Both the position numbers and the translations under genes were made by a program. From Eledone cirrhosa (taxonomy: Eukaryota): a DNA stretch of 64,000 bases. Location: assembly GCA_964016885.1 (NCBI GenBank), contig OZ024743.1:322152001-322216000 (forward strand), given 5' to 3'. Under the pieces are notes generated by a model that was given only the letters and a program-made list of their open reading frames with translations, was not told the DNA's origin and did no database searches. Of the stretch, positions 1-14,295 are shown piece by piece. The first letter of the stretch is position 1. Each line of letters opens with the position of its first letter.

Positions 1-624
1 AACTGCATTTACAACAAAAGTAATCAGGATGTTAGTTTGGGGACCCAACGAAATGAAAGCAAATCATTAGTGTGTAAAATATTGAATTCGACCAATATAT
101 TACTGGTATCATAATTACCTTGAATAACCTATGTTTACAAGGATGATTGTATTTATAGACCCATAACTCCTGGTGGAGTCGAAGGGATGCCGTTTCTTGG
201 GCATTTTATACCAGGCGGAGCTCATCTCCTCTCCAAGTCTGAACACAGCAAACTTCTTCTAAAGGAGAGAAAGTGAGAGAGAGAGGAAGTAAGAAAGGAA
301 TATAGCGGAAGAATCGACCCTAGTACTAGACTGGTACTTTTATATCGACATCGAAAGGATAAAAGGCCAAGTCGATCTCGACAAGATTTATCTCAGTGAG
401 CAGAGAGGCCGGTGTCATAAATAGCAACTAAATTAGGCAGAAAACACACATTCCCATCTTAGAAAAGAAATGACAATGAATAATGCAATGCTGAATACCA
501 CCTGCCCCCACGACTACCAAACCTTTTTACCATTGGCTTTGATTGATGAGGGCTGACCTGGGGTTAAACAACAAAATGCCACAACACCAACACCAACACC
601 AAATGGAATTAGTATTTTTAATTT

Positions 625-1295
625 AAGCACAAGGCCAACAGTTAATGGGGAGGGAAGACGATTATACTGACCCGGTACTTTACTGGTACTTTATTTAATC
701 GACCACGAAAGGATTAAAGGCAAAGTTGACCTCGGCGGCGGCGTTTGAACTCAGAACTTGAAGATCCGAAACTAATACTGCAAAGCATTCGTCCGACGCT
801 CTACTGATTATGCCAATCCACGGCATTTACACAAGTTGATATAATGGTTTCGAACTACAGGTACAAGGCCAACAATCTTAAGGGAGGGGAAAGTCGATTA
901 TATCGACCCAGTACATTACTGGTGCTTTATTTTATCGACCCGTAAGGATGAAAGGCAAAGTTAACTTTGGCAAGATTTTAACTCAGACCGAAAAGAGCCG
1001 CAACTCTATGCTGCAAAGCATGGTGTCCGACACTCTACCGATACTGCCAATCCACCGTCTTTACACCAATTGATATAATGATTTCTGCTATAGGCACAAG
1101 GCCAGTAATTTGGGGGAAGGGGAAAGTCGATTATATCGACCCCAGTGCGTGACTGGTACTTTATTTTATCGACCTCGTAAGGATGAAAGGCAAAGCTAAC
1201 CTCGGCGGGATTTGAACTCAGATCATAAAGGGGCGTAACTCTATGCTGCAAAGCATGGTGTCCGACACTCTACCGATACAGCCAATCTACTGTCT
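625..1295 (-). mobile_element. Three consecutive copies of a ~200-bp tRNA-derived SINE (family A)
   Basis: Minus strand reads GGCGGTGGATTGGCAGTATCGGTAGAG (A-box-like) ... GAGTTCAAATCCC (B-box) ... GCCTTTCATCCTTACGGGGTCGATAAAATAAAGTACCAG (central domain resembling Meta/MESC-type SINEs) ... GGCCTTGTGCC tail; many copies in window. Confidence 0.85.
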
Positions 1296-1636
1296 TTACA
1301 CCAATTGATATAATGATTATATTTGGTGATGAAACAATTTTTTTAACATTCATACCAAAAACAGTCGAAACATTATAAAACTATAACTTTATGCTAGATA
1401 TGGAAATATCGTGCTAGCCTAATGTACAAATTAAGATATACAAAAAAAAAAATGATAAAATATTTTGTTTATGTGTGAAAACTTGACTGTACTTGCTATA
1501 GTTGTATTTCCATATACGTGTAGTTACTTGCTACTGTCTTAGAACAAATAAATCAACCAACAGGTGTTAACGATCTGCTTAATAATCAGAATATGACAGG
1601 CCCGTGTATTTCCTGACGATTAATGGCTGTACGTAA

Positions 1637-1673
<37 letters not shown>

Positions 1674-1680
1674 AACATAT

Positions 1681-1937
<257 letters not shown>

Positions 1938-2486
1938 GTTTGTGTGTGTATATATATGTGTGTGTGTATGTATGTGTGTGTGTGTGTGTGTATGTGTGAA
2001 CAAAGGGTTGTGGCGAATATGCCCGATGGGAGCTGTTTGCATGAATTGTATACATAGAAATAGAGTCAAGCTGTCTGAATATGTTGAGGAAAGGGAAAAG
2101 AACTTCATTGAACTGGAACTATCCTCGTGATTTTAAGACTGAAACTCCCTCTAATGACGTTCATGTAATAAGATGTAAGCAAGGCAGATATTCAATACAG
2201 TCTCAACTGATCGAAGTCTTTTAAGAACTATTTATGACAATGCAGCGTGACTGGACCATATTAGTGAAAGCAACAGATATGTTTCTATTTTATTTGATCG
2301 CTTCAGCGAACCATATTTACTCAGTGCATTCATTGAACCATAACGACCAATTATAGATATAGGAAAGATGGAAGAAATTTTGAGCTGATTATGTGAGTCA
2401 ACAAATGGTAGATTGGAAATGTCCAAGGAGATAACTGTTAAATAATTCTAAATCTGGCGATGAAGATTTTTATCGGTTAAAATATT

Positions 2487-3350
2487 GGTTTCTGATTTAG
2501 GCACAAGGCCAATAATTTGGGGGAAGAATAAGGTCGATTAAATCCATCCCAGTGCATTACTGGTACTTTATTTTATTGACCCCGTAAAAATGAAAGGTAA
2601 AGCTAACCTCGGCAGGATTTGAACTCAGACGGTAAAGCGCCGTAACTCTATGCCATAAAGCATGTTGTTCGACGCTCCACCAATACTGCCAATCCCCCAC
2701 CCTAACTATCGGTTTATGATTTAGGCACAAGACTAACAATTTATTGGTGGAAAGGGAAGTCGATTAAATCGATCCCAGTACGTTACTGGAAATTTATCAT
2801 CGACCCCGTAAGGATGAAAGGTAAAACTAACCTCGGCGGGATTTAAACCCAGAACGTAAGGGCCGTAACTCTATGCCGCAAAGTATGGTGTCAAGCACAC
2901 TACAGATACTGCCAATCCACCGCCCTAAATATTAATCACACTACCTCTTGCTATCTACGTAGAAATAGAAGATAATTGTTTCTACTTTTTGGCACAAGGC
3001 CAGCAATTACCCAGTGAATTACTGGTACTTTATTTTATTGACCCCGTAAGGATGAAAGGCAAAGTTAACCTCGGTGGGATTTGAACTCAGAATGGCAAGG
3101 GCCGTAACTCTATGCTGCAAAGCATGGCGTCCGACCCTCTACCGATACTGCCAATCCACCAAGATAATTGTTTCTACTTTTGGCACAAGGCCAGCAATTA
3201 TCCAGTGTATTACTGGTACTTTGTTTTATCGACCCCGTAAGGATGAAAGGCAAAGTTAACCTTGGCGGGATTTGAACTCAGAATGGCAAGCGCCGTAACT
3301 CTATGCTACAAAGCATGGCGTCCGACCCTCTACCGCCAATCCGCCAATCC
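2487..3350 (-). mobile_element. Cluster of four SINE family A copies (last two head-to-tail)
   Basis: Same motifs as 625-1295 at ~2500-2703, 2722-2925, 2975-3160, 3163-3350. Confidence 0.85.
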
Positions 3351-3627
3351 ACGAAGATACTAAAGGGCAAAAACAAATCACCAGTTTTATTTTATCTAGA
3401 ATATGAGGTTGGAAATTCTGGAAACATTAATATAGTTAACATACTTCCTAACTGATTATTAAGTGGTAATAAGAAAACGTGACAAATATTTAATATAAAA
3501 GGTTAAACACGAAAACAGATGTGTTCCAATATAACACTGACATACTCACACAAATACACACATACACTCACGCGTACACACACAACATATGTTTATCTGC
3601 CAATTTACCTATATCTATATCATTTAC

Positions 3628-3790
3628 AAAGCGGCGAATTGACAGAGTCGTTAGAACGTAGGATAGAATGCTTTATGGTATTCGTTCCGACTCTCTGCTC
3701 TCTCAGTTCAAATCACACCGAGGTTAACTTCGCCTTTCATCCTTTCAAAGTCGATAAAAAAGTACCAGTCTAGTACTGGGGTCGATTCTT
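3628..3790 (+). mobile_element. SINE family A-related copy, plus orientation
   Basis: GGCGAATTGACAGAGTCGTTAGA...GTTCAAATCACACCGAGGTTAACTTCGCCTTTCATCCTTTC...GTCGATAAAAAGTACCAG. Confidence 0.75.
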
Positions 3791-3850
3791 CTTCTACAAT
3801 ACAAGCTACAGCCACACCGTATGTCATCACCATCACGACATCACCACAGT

Positions 3851-3885
<35 letters not shown>

Positions 3886-3972
3886 TTGCTACTACTACTA
3901 ATACTAATAATAATTGTTTCTACTTTTGGCACAAGGCCAGCAATTATGCCAGTGTATTACTGATGGTTTCTA

Positions 3973-4024
<52 letters not shown>

Positions 4025-4559
4025 TGCACACACATACACACACACACACACTTTCTATCTTTCTCTGGAAGAAATCTGCTGTACTCAGGCCTGGAGAGGG
4101 ATGGGGTCCGCCAGGCTTAAATTGGCCAAGAAACGCCATATGTTAATACGGCTCCCCTACCACTCTATCAGGAGTTACGAGACCATACATATCATTTACA
4201 TCTCCCATAAAGGCGTCGAATTGGCAAAGTTTGTTAGGGTATACGATTAAAGATGCTTTGGTATTTGTTCCGGCTTACTGTTGTCTGGGTTCAATTCCCG
4301 GCGAAGTCAGGATTTGTGTCTTATATGTATATATATAAAATTTAATGAAAACTTCTTCACGTGACAGCCATAATTTCATTTATAACCAATCAAATTACGT
4401 TTATTTAAAAAAAGCTTTCGTGAGCCCCTTTTTTTAATTAAAAAGAAATTCAAACACGCATATATGAAAAAACAACCTGTGCCCCCCTCTTGTTTAAAGA
4501 ACGTTGTAACGCGAACTGGCGCGAAATTTATTATAATTATTGACCAACCAATCAAACTA

Positions 4560-4858
4560 CTTCTCTAAAAACCTGGCATTTCGAACCACTTTTTCCATAA
4601 AACAAGTAACATTCAGAGACCAACCAGATGTGAGAAAAACCACGGACCCTCCATCTCAACTCTACTTTTGAAAAGCAGAAGAACTGCGAAACCGGTAAAG
4701 GAACCAAATAAATATATATATATTTTTTTAAATAATACTCCAGTTGCATTTTCGATTTCATCTTTTTTTCTTTTTACTTTCACTCGTGTAGGACACCTCC
4801 GTTATTTTTCATTTTGTAAAAAAAAACAAAAACAAAAAAAAAACCCTCACTTTCTAAT
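4560..4858 (+). mobile_element. PLE-like 3' end carrying a hammerhead variant
   Basis: CTT-TTGAAAA-GCAG aagaa CTGC-GAAA-CCGG-TA-AAGG at ~4665-4701; downstream 4715-4858 matches 17522-17648, and in reverse 18012-18130 and 40895-41025; ends in (TA)n. Confidence 0.6.
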
Positions 4859-5339
4859 ATATATATATATATACACGTGTGTGTGTGTGTGCGTATATAT
4901 GTGTGTGTGTGTGTGTACTTCCTATTTGTGCATACCTGCAAATGATTTAGTGTTACGACGGTGTAGAGGAAGAAAGGAAGACAAATCTAAGAGGATGGGT
5001 TGTTAAAAATATAGTCAGCAAAACAATGATAGGAAAATGCTTTACTAATGCCATTTCATGTCACATTGAATGGCCACTGTTAATCCAGGTTGTTAACGAC
5101 TTAACACGGAAATACGCCGATGGCAGCCGATAGTAAATGATATGTCATTAATAAACGCTTATATATATCAGTTAGAGTCTATTTTCCTTGTTGGCATGGG
5201 TTGGATAAACCAGCACTGCCCAGAGTATTTGCAATAGAGAGCTAGCCAACTCTAGTGTGTGTGTTTTATTATGGGGTTGTTTTCCCATGTGAAAGGACGA
5301 AATATTTCACGTCTACTCTGTAACAGTTCTTATTTGGAA

Positions 5340-5500
5340 GATTGGCAGTATCGATAGAGCGTCGGACAATATGTTTTGCATCATTTAGTTACGGCCTTTC
5401 ATCCTCGATAAAATAAAGTACCAGTAATGCGCTAGGGTCGATTTAATCGACTTTCCACTTCCATTTAAATTGCTGGCCTTATGCCAAAAGTAGAAACAGT
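5340..5500 (+). mobile_element. SINE family A copy, plus orientation, internally deleted
   Basis: ATTGGCAGTATCGATAGAGCGTCGGAC...GCCTTTCATCCTCGATAAAATAAAGTACCAG...GGCCTTATGCCAAAAGTAGAAAC. Confidence 0.75.
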
Positions 5501-7353
5501 TAAAAAGTTGAATTCGCAACTCCGTGGTACCGGGTTCCTTTCCACCAAACTTTACATTGGGAAAATGTGATCAACGATGACATATTCATCTTTATTCAGT
5601 TGTTGTGGTCGGAATTACCTTTTATAGTTTTACTGGTTTCAGAGTTGTAGTGTTTTATTAATTTTAGTTACTCGTTTCTTTAAAATTTAAATGTTCAAAG
5701 TTAAGAAATGTTATTTAATGATTACATTAGAATCCACCTACACAACCCTTTCAAAACCGAATAAATAATTGCCTCTCTGAAACAACGAGTAAATCACTGA
5801 GTATTGATCAGGCTAATTCAGATAATTCAACTCGTGTATCTATTGTTTATGTACTACATCGATGAATTCAAAATGTATATTCACTCCTATTTCTAGATTT
5901 CTTTCTGCAATTAGTCAAATACTTGAAGTTTGAATTTATTTTGCTATCAATTCAAACGGTACGGAACTGTAAGAAAAGAAAAACAGCTAGGAGGTCTCCT
6001 TCCACTAAGCCACTTGTCACCCGTGTAATCGTCACACAACTAGTTTCTTTGCCAGCCGTGACACAAATGCCTGCTGATGACGATACCTCAGCCCATCGTT
6101 TATTCAATTACTGTAAATGTGCAAATATACTTTTGATTTCGTGTACAGCCGGGTGCATTAGGTACTGCAACGGCCCAGGTAAATATGTTTTTTTCCTGGA
6201 GGTTTTGTTGTTGTCTTCTCTACGATGTTCACACCTTCACAGTCCTTTCAAAATCGAATATGTAATTACCACTCTGAAACAAGGAATTCATTTTGTGTAT
6301 TTATGAGTGTTAAGCGGACGAATTCAGATAAATCGACTCGTGTTGCTATTGTGCATATATATGCATGTACATACATACACTCACATTTATGCGCATATGT
6401 GTATGTATGTTTGCATTCATACATACGAACATACATACATACATACATACATACATACATACATACATACATACATACATACATACATACATACGTAAGT
6501 ACATACATACATACGTTCGTACATAAGTACATAAATACTTGTATATACATACACTTACATATATATGCTTGTGTGTTTATGTATACCAGAGAATCTCAAA
6601 GTGAGCGCTACCGACCCACGGGGTCGTTGAGAAAGTCCAGGAGGCGCTCAGGCCTAAGGGTGGGGGAAGGTAGAGATGATATAATAGTATATCAAATGAT
6701 ATATATTATATATAAATATAGTAAAATAGAAAATATATAACATTTATTTATATATAGTATAGATTTCATTTCTGAATGAATTTTTACGAATAGTTATATT
6801 TAAAGTTCCTAATTTGACAAACAGATCGATAACTTAAATATCAAAGTGAAATAAATACTGAGATCAATATAATCGATAACAAACGTTTGAAAACGTGCCC
6901 CAGCATGGCCACAGTCAAAGGCCTGAAACCATTAAAAGAGTAAAAGATTATCAGTATGGTGATGTTAACGATAATAATGATGATGATGATGATAATGATG
7001 ATGTTGTTAAGGAGGAGGTGAAGGAGAAGGCGGAGGATAATGATGATAATAGTAAATCATCACTACCTACCTCAGATCCCCCTTCCCATTCCCAGCCTAC
7101 ATAAACACGTCGTTACTCCGCCTCCCTTTTGAATAGTTTACCTCCTTCTGAGTTAGTGCCCACCTGTAAATGTATACGTGTAGGTATGAGGTGAGGAGAT
7201 GTGATAGGTAGGTATGTGTCGTCAGGCAAGTTGTGGAGGTTTTGTTTTGTATGAGAGCCACTACACATACAGATTTAAGCTAGATTAAGATAAAGGAGCT
7301 GGCTTTGTTGTTGCTCTGAGAGTAGAAATAGAGGAGTAGAGGATATACAAGAG

Positions 7354-7418
<65 letters not shown>

Positions 7419-7440
7419 GAGAGAGAGAGAGACAGACAGG

Positions 7441-8159
7441 GATAGATAGATAGATTTCTTTATTTGCCACAAGGGCGCACACAAGAAATGGGACATTACA
7501 GGACGTATGTTGGGTATTTTACATTTAAGCGTGTAAACAAAAGTTTTAACATTTATAAAATAATAAATAACAATCGAAATCCCCAATAGGGGGAACGTTA
7601 CAACTGGATTGTTTTACACCCCGTAGATAGAACAACCCTCAACTCCTGAAGCATGTTTTGTAAGTGCTCCTGTCTCTCTCTTTTGTTTCCTTCAACCTAC
7701 AGGTTTATATACAGAGAAGGCCCAATCACTCGGGCCATTTTCGCTACATTCACCCACCTTTCAGCAAATTTACTGGGGTGCAGCACCTCTCTCTTCACTC
7801 TCAAACAGATACACAAACATACAGACACAAATAGATAGATAGATTTCTTTATTTGCCACAAGGGCGCACAAGAAAAGGGGACAAAACAAAGACACATGCC
7901 GGGGATTTTACATACAATCGTGTAAAAATATTGAAACTAACAAATTTAACAATCGAAATCCCCAATAGGGGGGAGGCCTCACAAATGGGTTGTTTAATAC
8001 CCCGTAGATAGAACAACCCTCAACTTCAGGAGCGTGTTGTGCAAGTGGTCCTTTCTTCCTTTTGCTCTCTTCTTCAACCTACAGGTTTATAAACAGAGAA
8101 GGCCCAATCACTCGGGCCATTTTTGCTACATTCACCCACCTTTAAATTTACTGGGGTGA

Positions 8160-8214
<55 letters not shown>

Positions 8215-9498
8215 CATTTATTTGCCACAAGAGCGTACAAAAATGGGGCATTACAAGACATGACGGTGGGGGTTTTACATGAAATCGTAGGTACGTAGAT
8301 ATATAGATAGATATGTTTCTTTATTTGCCACAAGAGCGCACAAGAAAAGGGGACAATACAGGACATATGGCGGGGATTTTACATACAGTCGTGTAATAGA
8401 TGTTTCTTTTATTTGCCACTAGGGCATCAAAAGTGGGACAAGTACAAAGGGGGGAGTTTACATAAAAAGGCGTCCTCAATAAGGAGGAGGCAATAACAAA
8501 ATATAAAAATAAAATAAGATATAACAAAAAATAAAATTTATAACAAAATCCTCAATAGAGAGGAGGCGCCTTGGGGGGTCGCACACACCCCCGAAAAAAG
8601 TGTGCAACCCTTCTCCTCAGGAGCACAGAGAAGGGGTGCTCCCTTGGTCTTTCATCTTCCTCGCCTATAGTCTGATGTAGAGTGAAGGCCCATTCCCACG
8701 GGCCATTCTCGCCACTTTCACCCATCTTTCATAGAAACGGCTGGGGTGCAGCACCTCTCTCTCCATCCTGATCCTTCTTCCGAAATGATATCGGAAGAAA
8801 CGGACCAGTTGTTGGCCAGAGAGAAAGGTGCCTGACCTCAGTCATTTCAGACGCGTCCACCATACAACCTCTTTCGCCATGGCTATTACGCACAGAAACA
8901 CCGCCTCTGCTTCATCTTTGAAGGGGGGAGGCGGCTTGATCATTACAATAGACTCGGTGGTCAACCGGATCGGTCCCACCCTTGTTCGACATAGCCCCAC
9001 AGATCGGCTACGCCCGAGCAGTGTACCAATGCGTGTGCAACGGTTTCCTCGTCGCACACGCATCTGGGACAGATCTTTTTGGCGAGGTCCCTACCCGGGC
9101 GCCCGTGTCTGTAGAGCCTTTCTCGAACGGGTAAAGCCCCTCGGTAGCACTGCCAGGCCAGGGACTTCTGGAAGTTGTCCATAGGTCCCGGGCTGAATGT
9201 CCTACCGAACAGGCTGGCCAGTTCGTCCTCCTCCATGTCTAGGGCTTCTCCGAGGGCGTCGTCGCACCTGCTGCGTACCAGTCCTCTATAGAATGTTGCG
9301 GTGGAGTCTCCACTGACAACCGGATCCGCCTGCCAGAGGGCGGTGAGCGCCTGGGCACACACAGTGTGCCAGGCGCCCAGTTTTCTCGGTCTTTGCTTGG
9401 CCCATAGATAGATATATTTCTTTATTAGCCACAGGGGCACAAAAGAAGGGGACAAATACAAAGGGGGAAGTTTACATACAATAAAAACGTGTAAAATG

Positions 9499-9535
<37 letters not shown>
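7441..9535 (-). mobile_element. Stack of six 5'-truncated Tx1/L1-type non-LTR retrotransposon 3' ends embedded in (GATA)n
   Basis: Shared terminus TGTGGCAAATAAAGAAA-TCTATCTA (minus strand) at ~7454, 7843, 8215, 8315, 8402, 9416, all in the same orientation and mostly abutting GATA repeats. Confidence 0.85.
8668..9402 (-). pseudogene. Tx1-clade ORF2 C-terminus (zf-RVT-like cysteine-rich region), frameshifted
   Basis: FQKSLAWQCYRGALPVRERLYRHG...CPRCVCDEETVAHALVHCSGVADLW, continuing after a frameshift as ...AMAKEVVWWTR...EREVLHPSRFYERW. Confidence 0.85.
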
Positions 9536-10124
9536 GTAGAATGAAGTAGTGAGTGATAACAAGAGGAGGGGTGTGAGAAATAAAAGAGAAGTGTGAATTT
9601 AGGAAAGAATAATAGGAAGAAGAGTAGGTCGTTTAGAGAGAATGAAAGTGAGAAAGGAGAGTGGAAATAATGGAAGAAATATATGAGATACTCAGCAGGA
9701 CCATGATACAGCTGGGTGGAGAAAAGTAATAGGGAGATACATTAGGGGTTGTTTGTAGTGTGAGAGAGTGAGAGAGAGGGGGGGTGAGAAATAGAGAACG
9801 AAAGAAAGGGTGAAGAAAAGAAAGAGAAAAGAGTGGGAAATAGAGAACGAGAGAGGGGAGAGAGAAAAATAGAGAGAACGAAAGAAAAACAGAGGGACGA
9901 GAGAGTAAGAGAGAACAAAAAAAGAGGGAGTGAGAGAGAAAGTGAGAAGGAAAGAAAGGGAGGGGGAGAAAGAGTGAACAAAAGAAAGAGAGAGAGGGTG
10001 AGAGAGAGAACGAAAGAAAGATTGAGAAATAGAGAAAGAGAGAGAGGGGCGTATAAATTCAGTAAAAAGTGAATGGTTAGTTAAGAAAGGGGAAGAAATG
10101 AAAAGTAGATTAATTTACACATCT

Positions 10125-10380
10125 TATATAGATAAATATCAGGGCCTAACAGACAGCTTCCTCTTTGAAATGGTCTCCGTCGAGACCTCTGGTGTCCTTA
10201 ATCCCTGCATTGCTGATTCCCTCCGTAAAATTGGAAAGACGGCGGCTCACTTAAGAGAGAACCTGGTGATATGGTGGTGAGATGGTGTGGCTGTTACAGC
10301 GGACATCTCTGACCATTCTCCGCGGTAATGCCTTTGCCATTTTGTCTGCGGGACGCGGCCGAGACACTGGGGTGTAGTGT
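10125..10380 (+). pseudogene. CRE-like restriction-like-endonuclease (RLE) retrotransposon 3' fragment
   Basis: KYQGLTDSFLFEMVSVETSGVL...WLLQRTSLTILRGNAFAILS; homologous to 11100-11535. Confidence 0.7.
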
Positions 10381-10673
10381 CTGTCTCTCCTCTCCTCCTT
10401 TCTTTCGTTGCTTGATCCTTTTATTTTATTTTCATTTCCCTTTTTTTTTGTACCCTTTAATAGTTTTTGTATAAACAGCTTTGTAAAATAAAATAACTTA
10501 CATATTAAATTTGACTGACAATTTCGATATGATGAACTAGTTAATGTCTACTCGTGTTCTTCTGCAAAAACTATACATCGCAACAACCTACATACCTCCA
10601 CATCACCTGGTTGTCTCTCCTTCATATATATGTGTACGTGTATGTGTGTGTGTGTGTTTGCGCGCGCTCGCGC

Positions 10674-10707
<34 letters not shown>

Positions 10708-11099
10708 TCTTCTGGTTTTCGCCGAGGTTAGTTTTGCCTTTCATCAGGATCGATAAAATGTAGTACCAGTAATACACTAGGGTAGATTTAATCAACTTTG
10801 AAACGTTAGGCAGCACACACACTCACACACACACATATATAAATATATCCGTATGTGGTTGACGGCTCAGAGAAAAGAGTATTCAATACTTTTTAGCCTT
10901 AATAAAATGATCCCCCAGTTCTATAACACACAGTTAGTAGTCTTGTGTTCTTAGTCAGCGCTTATCCAAAAGTTACTCTGGTAGACTCATAGACATGGTA
11001 CATATTTCTATAGATATCATGTCTATCTGTATCTAAGGATTATATAGCACACTCAGGGATACAGTAATGAATGGTATGCGGTGTAATGTGACAGTCAGG

Positions 11100-11535
11100 A
11101 CTTGGACGCTGCGGGCTTCCCTTCCCAGCTCGAGTCGGTGGGACTGGACCGAGGGGACGGCAAAAGGTCAGATGGCATGACCATCTTCCCATTCCGCGGT
11201 GGCAAACCCCTCGTCTGGGATGGTACTTGCACCGACACTTTCTGCAGCCGCAACCTGGTGCAGTCTGCGACTAACCCAGGTTCTGCTGCACGTCGGGCTG
11301 AGAAGGCCAAGCTCCTCAAATACCGGTCGCTCTCCGACAGGTTTGCGGTTGTACCCCTGGCAGTGGAGACTTCTGGTGTCCTCGGCCCTAGGGCTATTCC
11401 CTACTCACCACCATAGGCGCTGAGATGGCCAGCCACAGGTGTGAACCCCGCGAGTTGGAGTGGCTTTTCCAGCGCGTCTCCCTTGCCGTGCTCTGTGGGA
11501 ACGCCTTCTCCATCCTGTCCGCCGGGGCTGCGTAA
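11100..11535 (+). pseudogene. CRE-like RLE retrotransposon C-terminal endonuclease fragment
   Basis: GLDRGDGKRSDGMTIFPFRGGKPLVWDGTCTDTF...AEKAKLLKY...VPLAVETSGVLG, then frameshift to ...LEWLFQRVSLAVLCGNAFSILSAGAA*; matches the (R)PD..D..E..K..KY RLE pattern. Confidence 0.8.
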
Positions 11536-11811
11536 CATTCCATATTTAGGTATCCTTTTGACGTTTATAGGCATTTTTATGGACCTTTAAAGGTTGTGTT
11601 AGTTACTATGGCAATATCTATCTTTCACACTCTGTCTCTCCCTCGCTGCTAATGGTTCCTGTCTGTTTATTCTGATAGTAGCCATAGTAAAAGGAACAAG
11701 GGCACCTCGACCGTTGCTGTTCCTCTGTTTCTCTTGCTGTTGGGCTGTTTGGTGCTAGTGAAGCTATTGATTTTGCACCTCTCTCTCTCTCTCTCTCTCT
11801 CTCCCTCTCTC

Positions 11812-11845
<34 letters not shown>

Positions 11846-11945
11846 CTCCTTGAATTTATGGTTGATTGTGGCGAATGGCAGAGATAGAATATCACAATAA
11901 GAAGTGAGCTGCTTTATATATGTTGGAATTAATTGTAATTTTTTG

Positions 11946-11978
<33 letters not shown>

Positions 11979-12606
11979 ATTTATTTTATTCATTTACTGG
12001 TTTTCAGTCATTAGACTACGCTCATGCTGGATCACAGCATTAGCACATCTGCCTGTTTCTATATTTACATCTACACAGTCTATGAACTGGTGTTGCTTGT
12101 TATTATCCAGTAAATTAGCTGTTTGACAAATAGAAATCGATGAACTAAGTACCAAAGGGTTTTTTATAAATATGTATAGGTAGTCAATATAATCGACGAA
12201 GCCTTTAAAGGCGCTGCCCCAGCATGGTCACAGTCCAATGATTGAAATTAATAAAAAGAATAAATAAATATCAGGAATTTAACTGACACTAATATCCTTC
12301 TATATTTATGACTGTAGGATGTGATTTAAGGGCCGTTTGGCTGCGTTTTCTGGCAGCTAGTACGACCATAACAGTCTGGAAACATGACAGTTTATTTACG
12401 ACATGTTGGACGGAGTCAGGAATGATAATGGTATAAGAAATGATAAAAACTGCTCCGCTACCACCACCACCCTTATAATAACCATGTCTTATGTCTCTCT
12501 GAATGGTGGCGCCACTGAAACTACTCACCTTACCACTTAAAGCGGTTCAACAACAACCCTTGTCATAACTTTAAAGACTCTATTTAAGAACATACACACA
12601 CACAAA

Positions 12607-12701
<95 letters not shown>

Positions 12702-13358
12702 CACACATATATATATACACACACATACATACAGACATACATACATACATACATACATACACATATAAACACAACTGCCTGCATCAACGTGCGCGTTAGT
12801 ATATATACTTTGTTGTGCGTACAATCTGATTGTTTTGACTTGGTCAAACTTGCATAACATGACAAGAATTGTCCAAGAGAGGGGGGGGGGGGTAGACAGA
12901 AACCAAATACTATAGGTTGAAAGCAAAGATCTTGTGTAGCGTAGTGACATGAATAGAGTGTTTAAAGAATAGCTTTATATCGTGTAAGGAAGAGAAAAAA
13001 ATGATTTGTTTTCTCAATAAATCGCTTGACTGTCAACAATGAAAGAAACCATATTAATTCTCCTTTTGTTATTTTTGCATTTTTTTTTTGTTTCGTCTAA
13101 CCCCATTCTTTACCCCTATTACTTGTAAAAAAAAATAATTATGGTGGTGGGCGATAAAAATATATAGATATATAAATATATAAATGTTAAAATATAATCA
13201 AAAACCTGGCGAGTTAACATCGAAAACATTGAAAATTGGGTTGCCTTCATCGGTTATGAATGTCAACATGTATGTATTTTATTGTATGTGTGTATGTATA
13301 TATATATATATGTTTGTATTGGGAGTGTGTGTGTGTGTATGTGTGTGTGTGTGTGTGT

Positions 13359-13481
<123 letters not shown>

Positions 13482-13494
13482 TGCGTGTGTGTGT

Positions 13495-13700
13495 GCAAAA
13501 TACAAACGAAAACAATAAAGCAAACAACACAGTACAATGAAGAAATATATTAGTTTAACGCTTGATATAGTAGAAAAAGTCTTTACGTTTCGGGCACTGA
13601 TCTTTCATCGGAAGATGGAATGTTAAATAAGAGATGAAATAGAAAGATAGAGAGTGTGAAGAAGAAGGAATGGGGAAAAATTGTTTGAGAAAAAACACGT
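13495..13700 (-). mobile_element. PLE-like 3' end with degenerate hammerhead; second copy at ~26485-26695
   Basis: Minus strand CCGATGA-AAGATCAGTGCCC-GAAACGTA at 13583-13612; homologue with CTGATGA at 26578-26606; both follow long (GT)n. Confidence 0.6.
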
Positions 13701-14171
13701 GTGAAACACATAAATTCATTTACAAATAACCTACTAGTTATGAAATATATAGGTGTGTGTAGACTCGCATCTGTACGAACCTATGTGGTATATATATACA
13801 AGCGCACGCAGACACATACACGTGTCATACAAACACCTTACACTGCAGGGCATTTCTTTCTTCAGCTGTCAACTAGATCACAATGATTTCGGCCTCTTTT
13901 GTCCGCATCGCTCGCTCATGCTGTGCCCAGCACCACTGATGGCACAAAGTAATGTCTGCTTTCTTATTCGTCCACACTATATTAGACCGCTTTTTTATTT
14001 TTATTTTTATTTTTTGGCTTCTATTATCCATTCAACCATGCATCCACCACACAATATTAGGAGCAACAGTAACCACTTCAACTATGTAGCAAATATTTTG
14101 ATCTGCCCCTTGCAAAGAGTTTGTCATTTGCTCTCAACTTTGATCTCTCTGTATCTATCTACCTATCTGTG

Positions 14172-14203
<32 letters not shown>

Positions 14204-14220
14204 GTATATATATATTAATT

Positions 14221-14295
<75 letters not shown>

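Noticed and set aside
12289-12528. ORF with GGGGSGAVFIISYTIIIPDSVQ, faintly like the Deltex C-terminal domain
   Set aside because: Similarity is too short, the ORF runs into repeat sequence, and there are no supporting motifs or splice context
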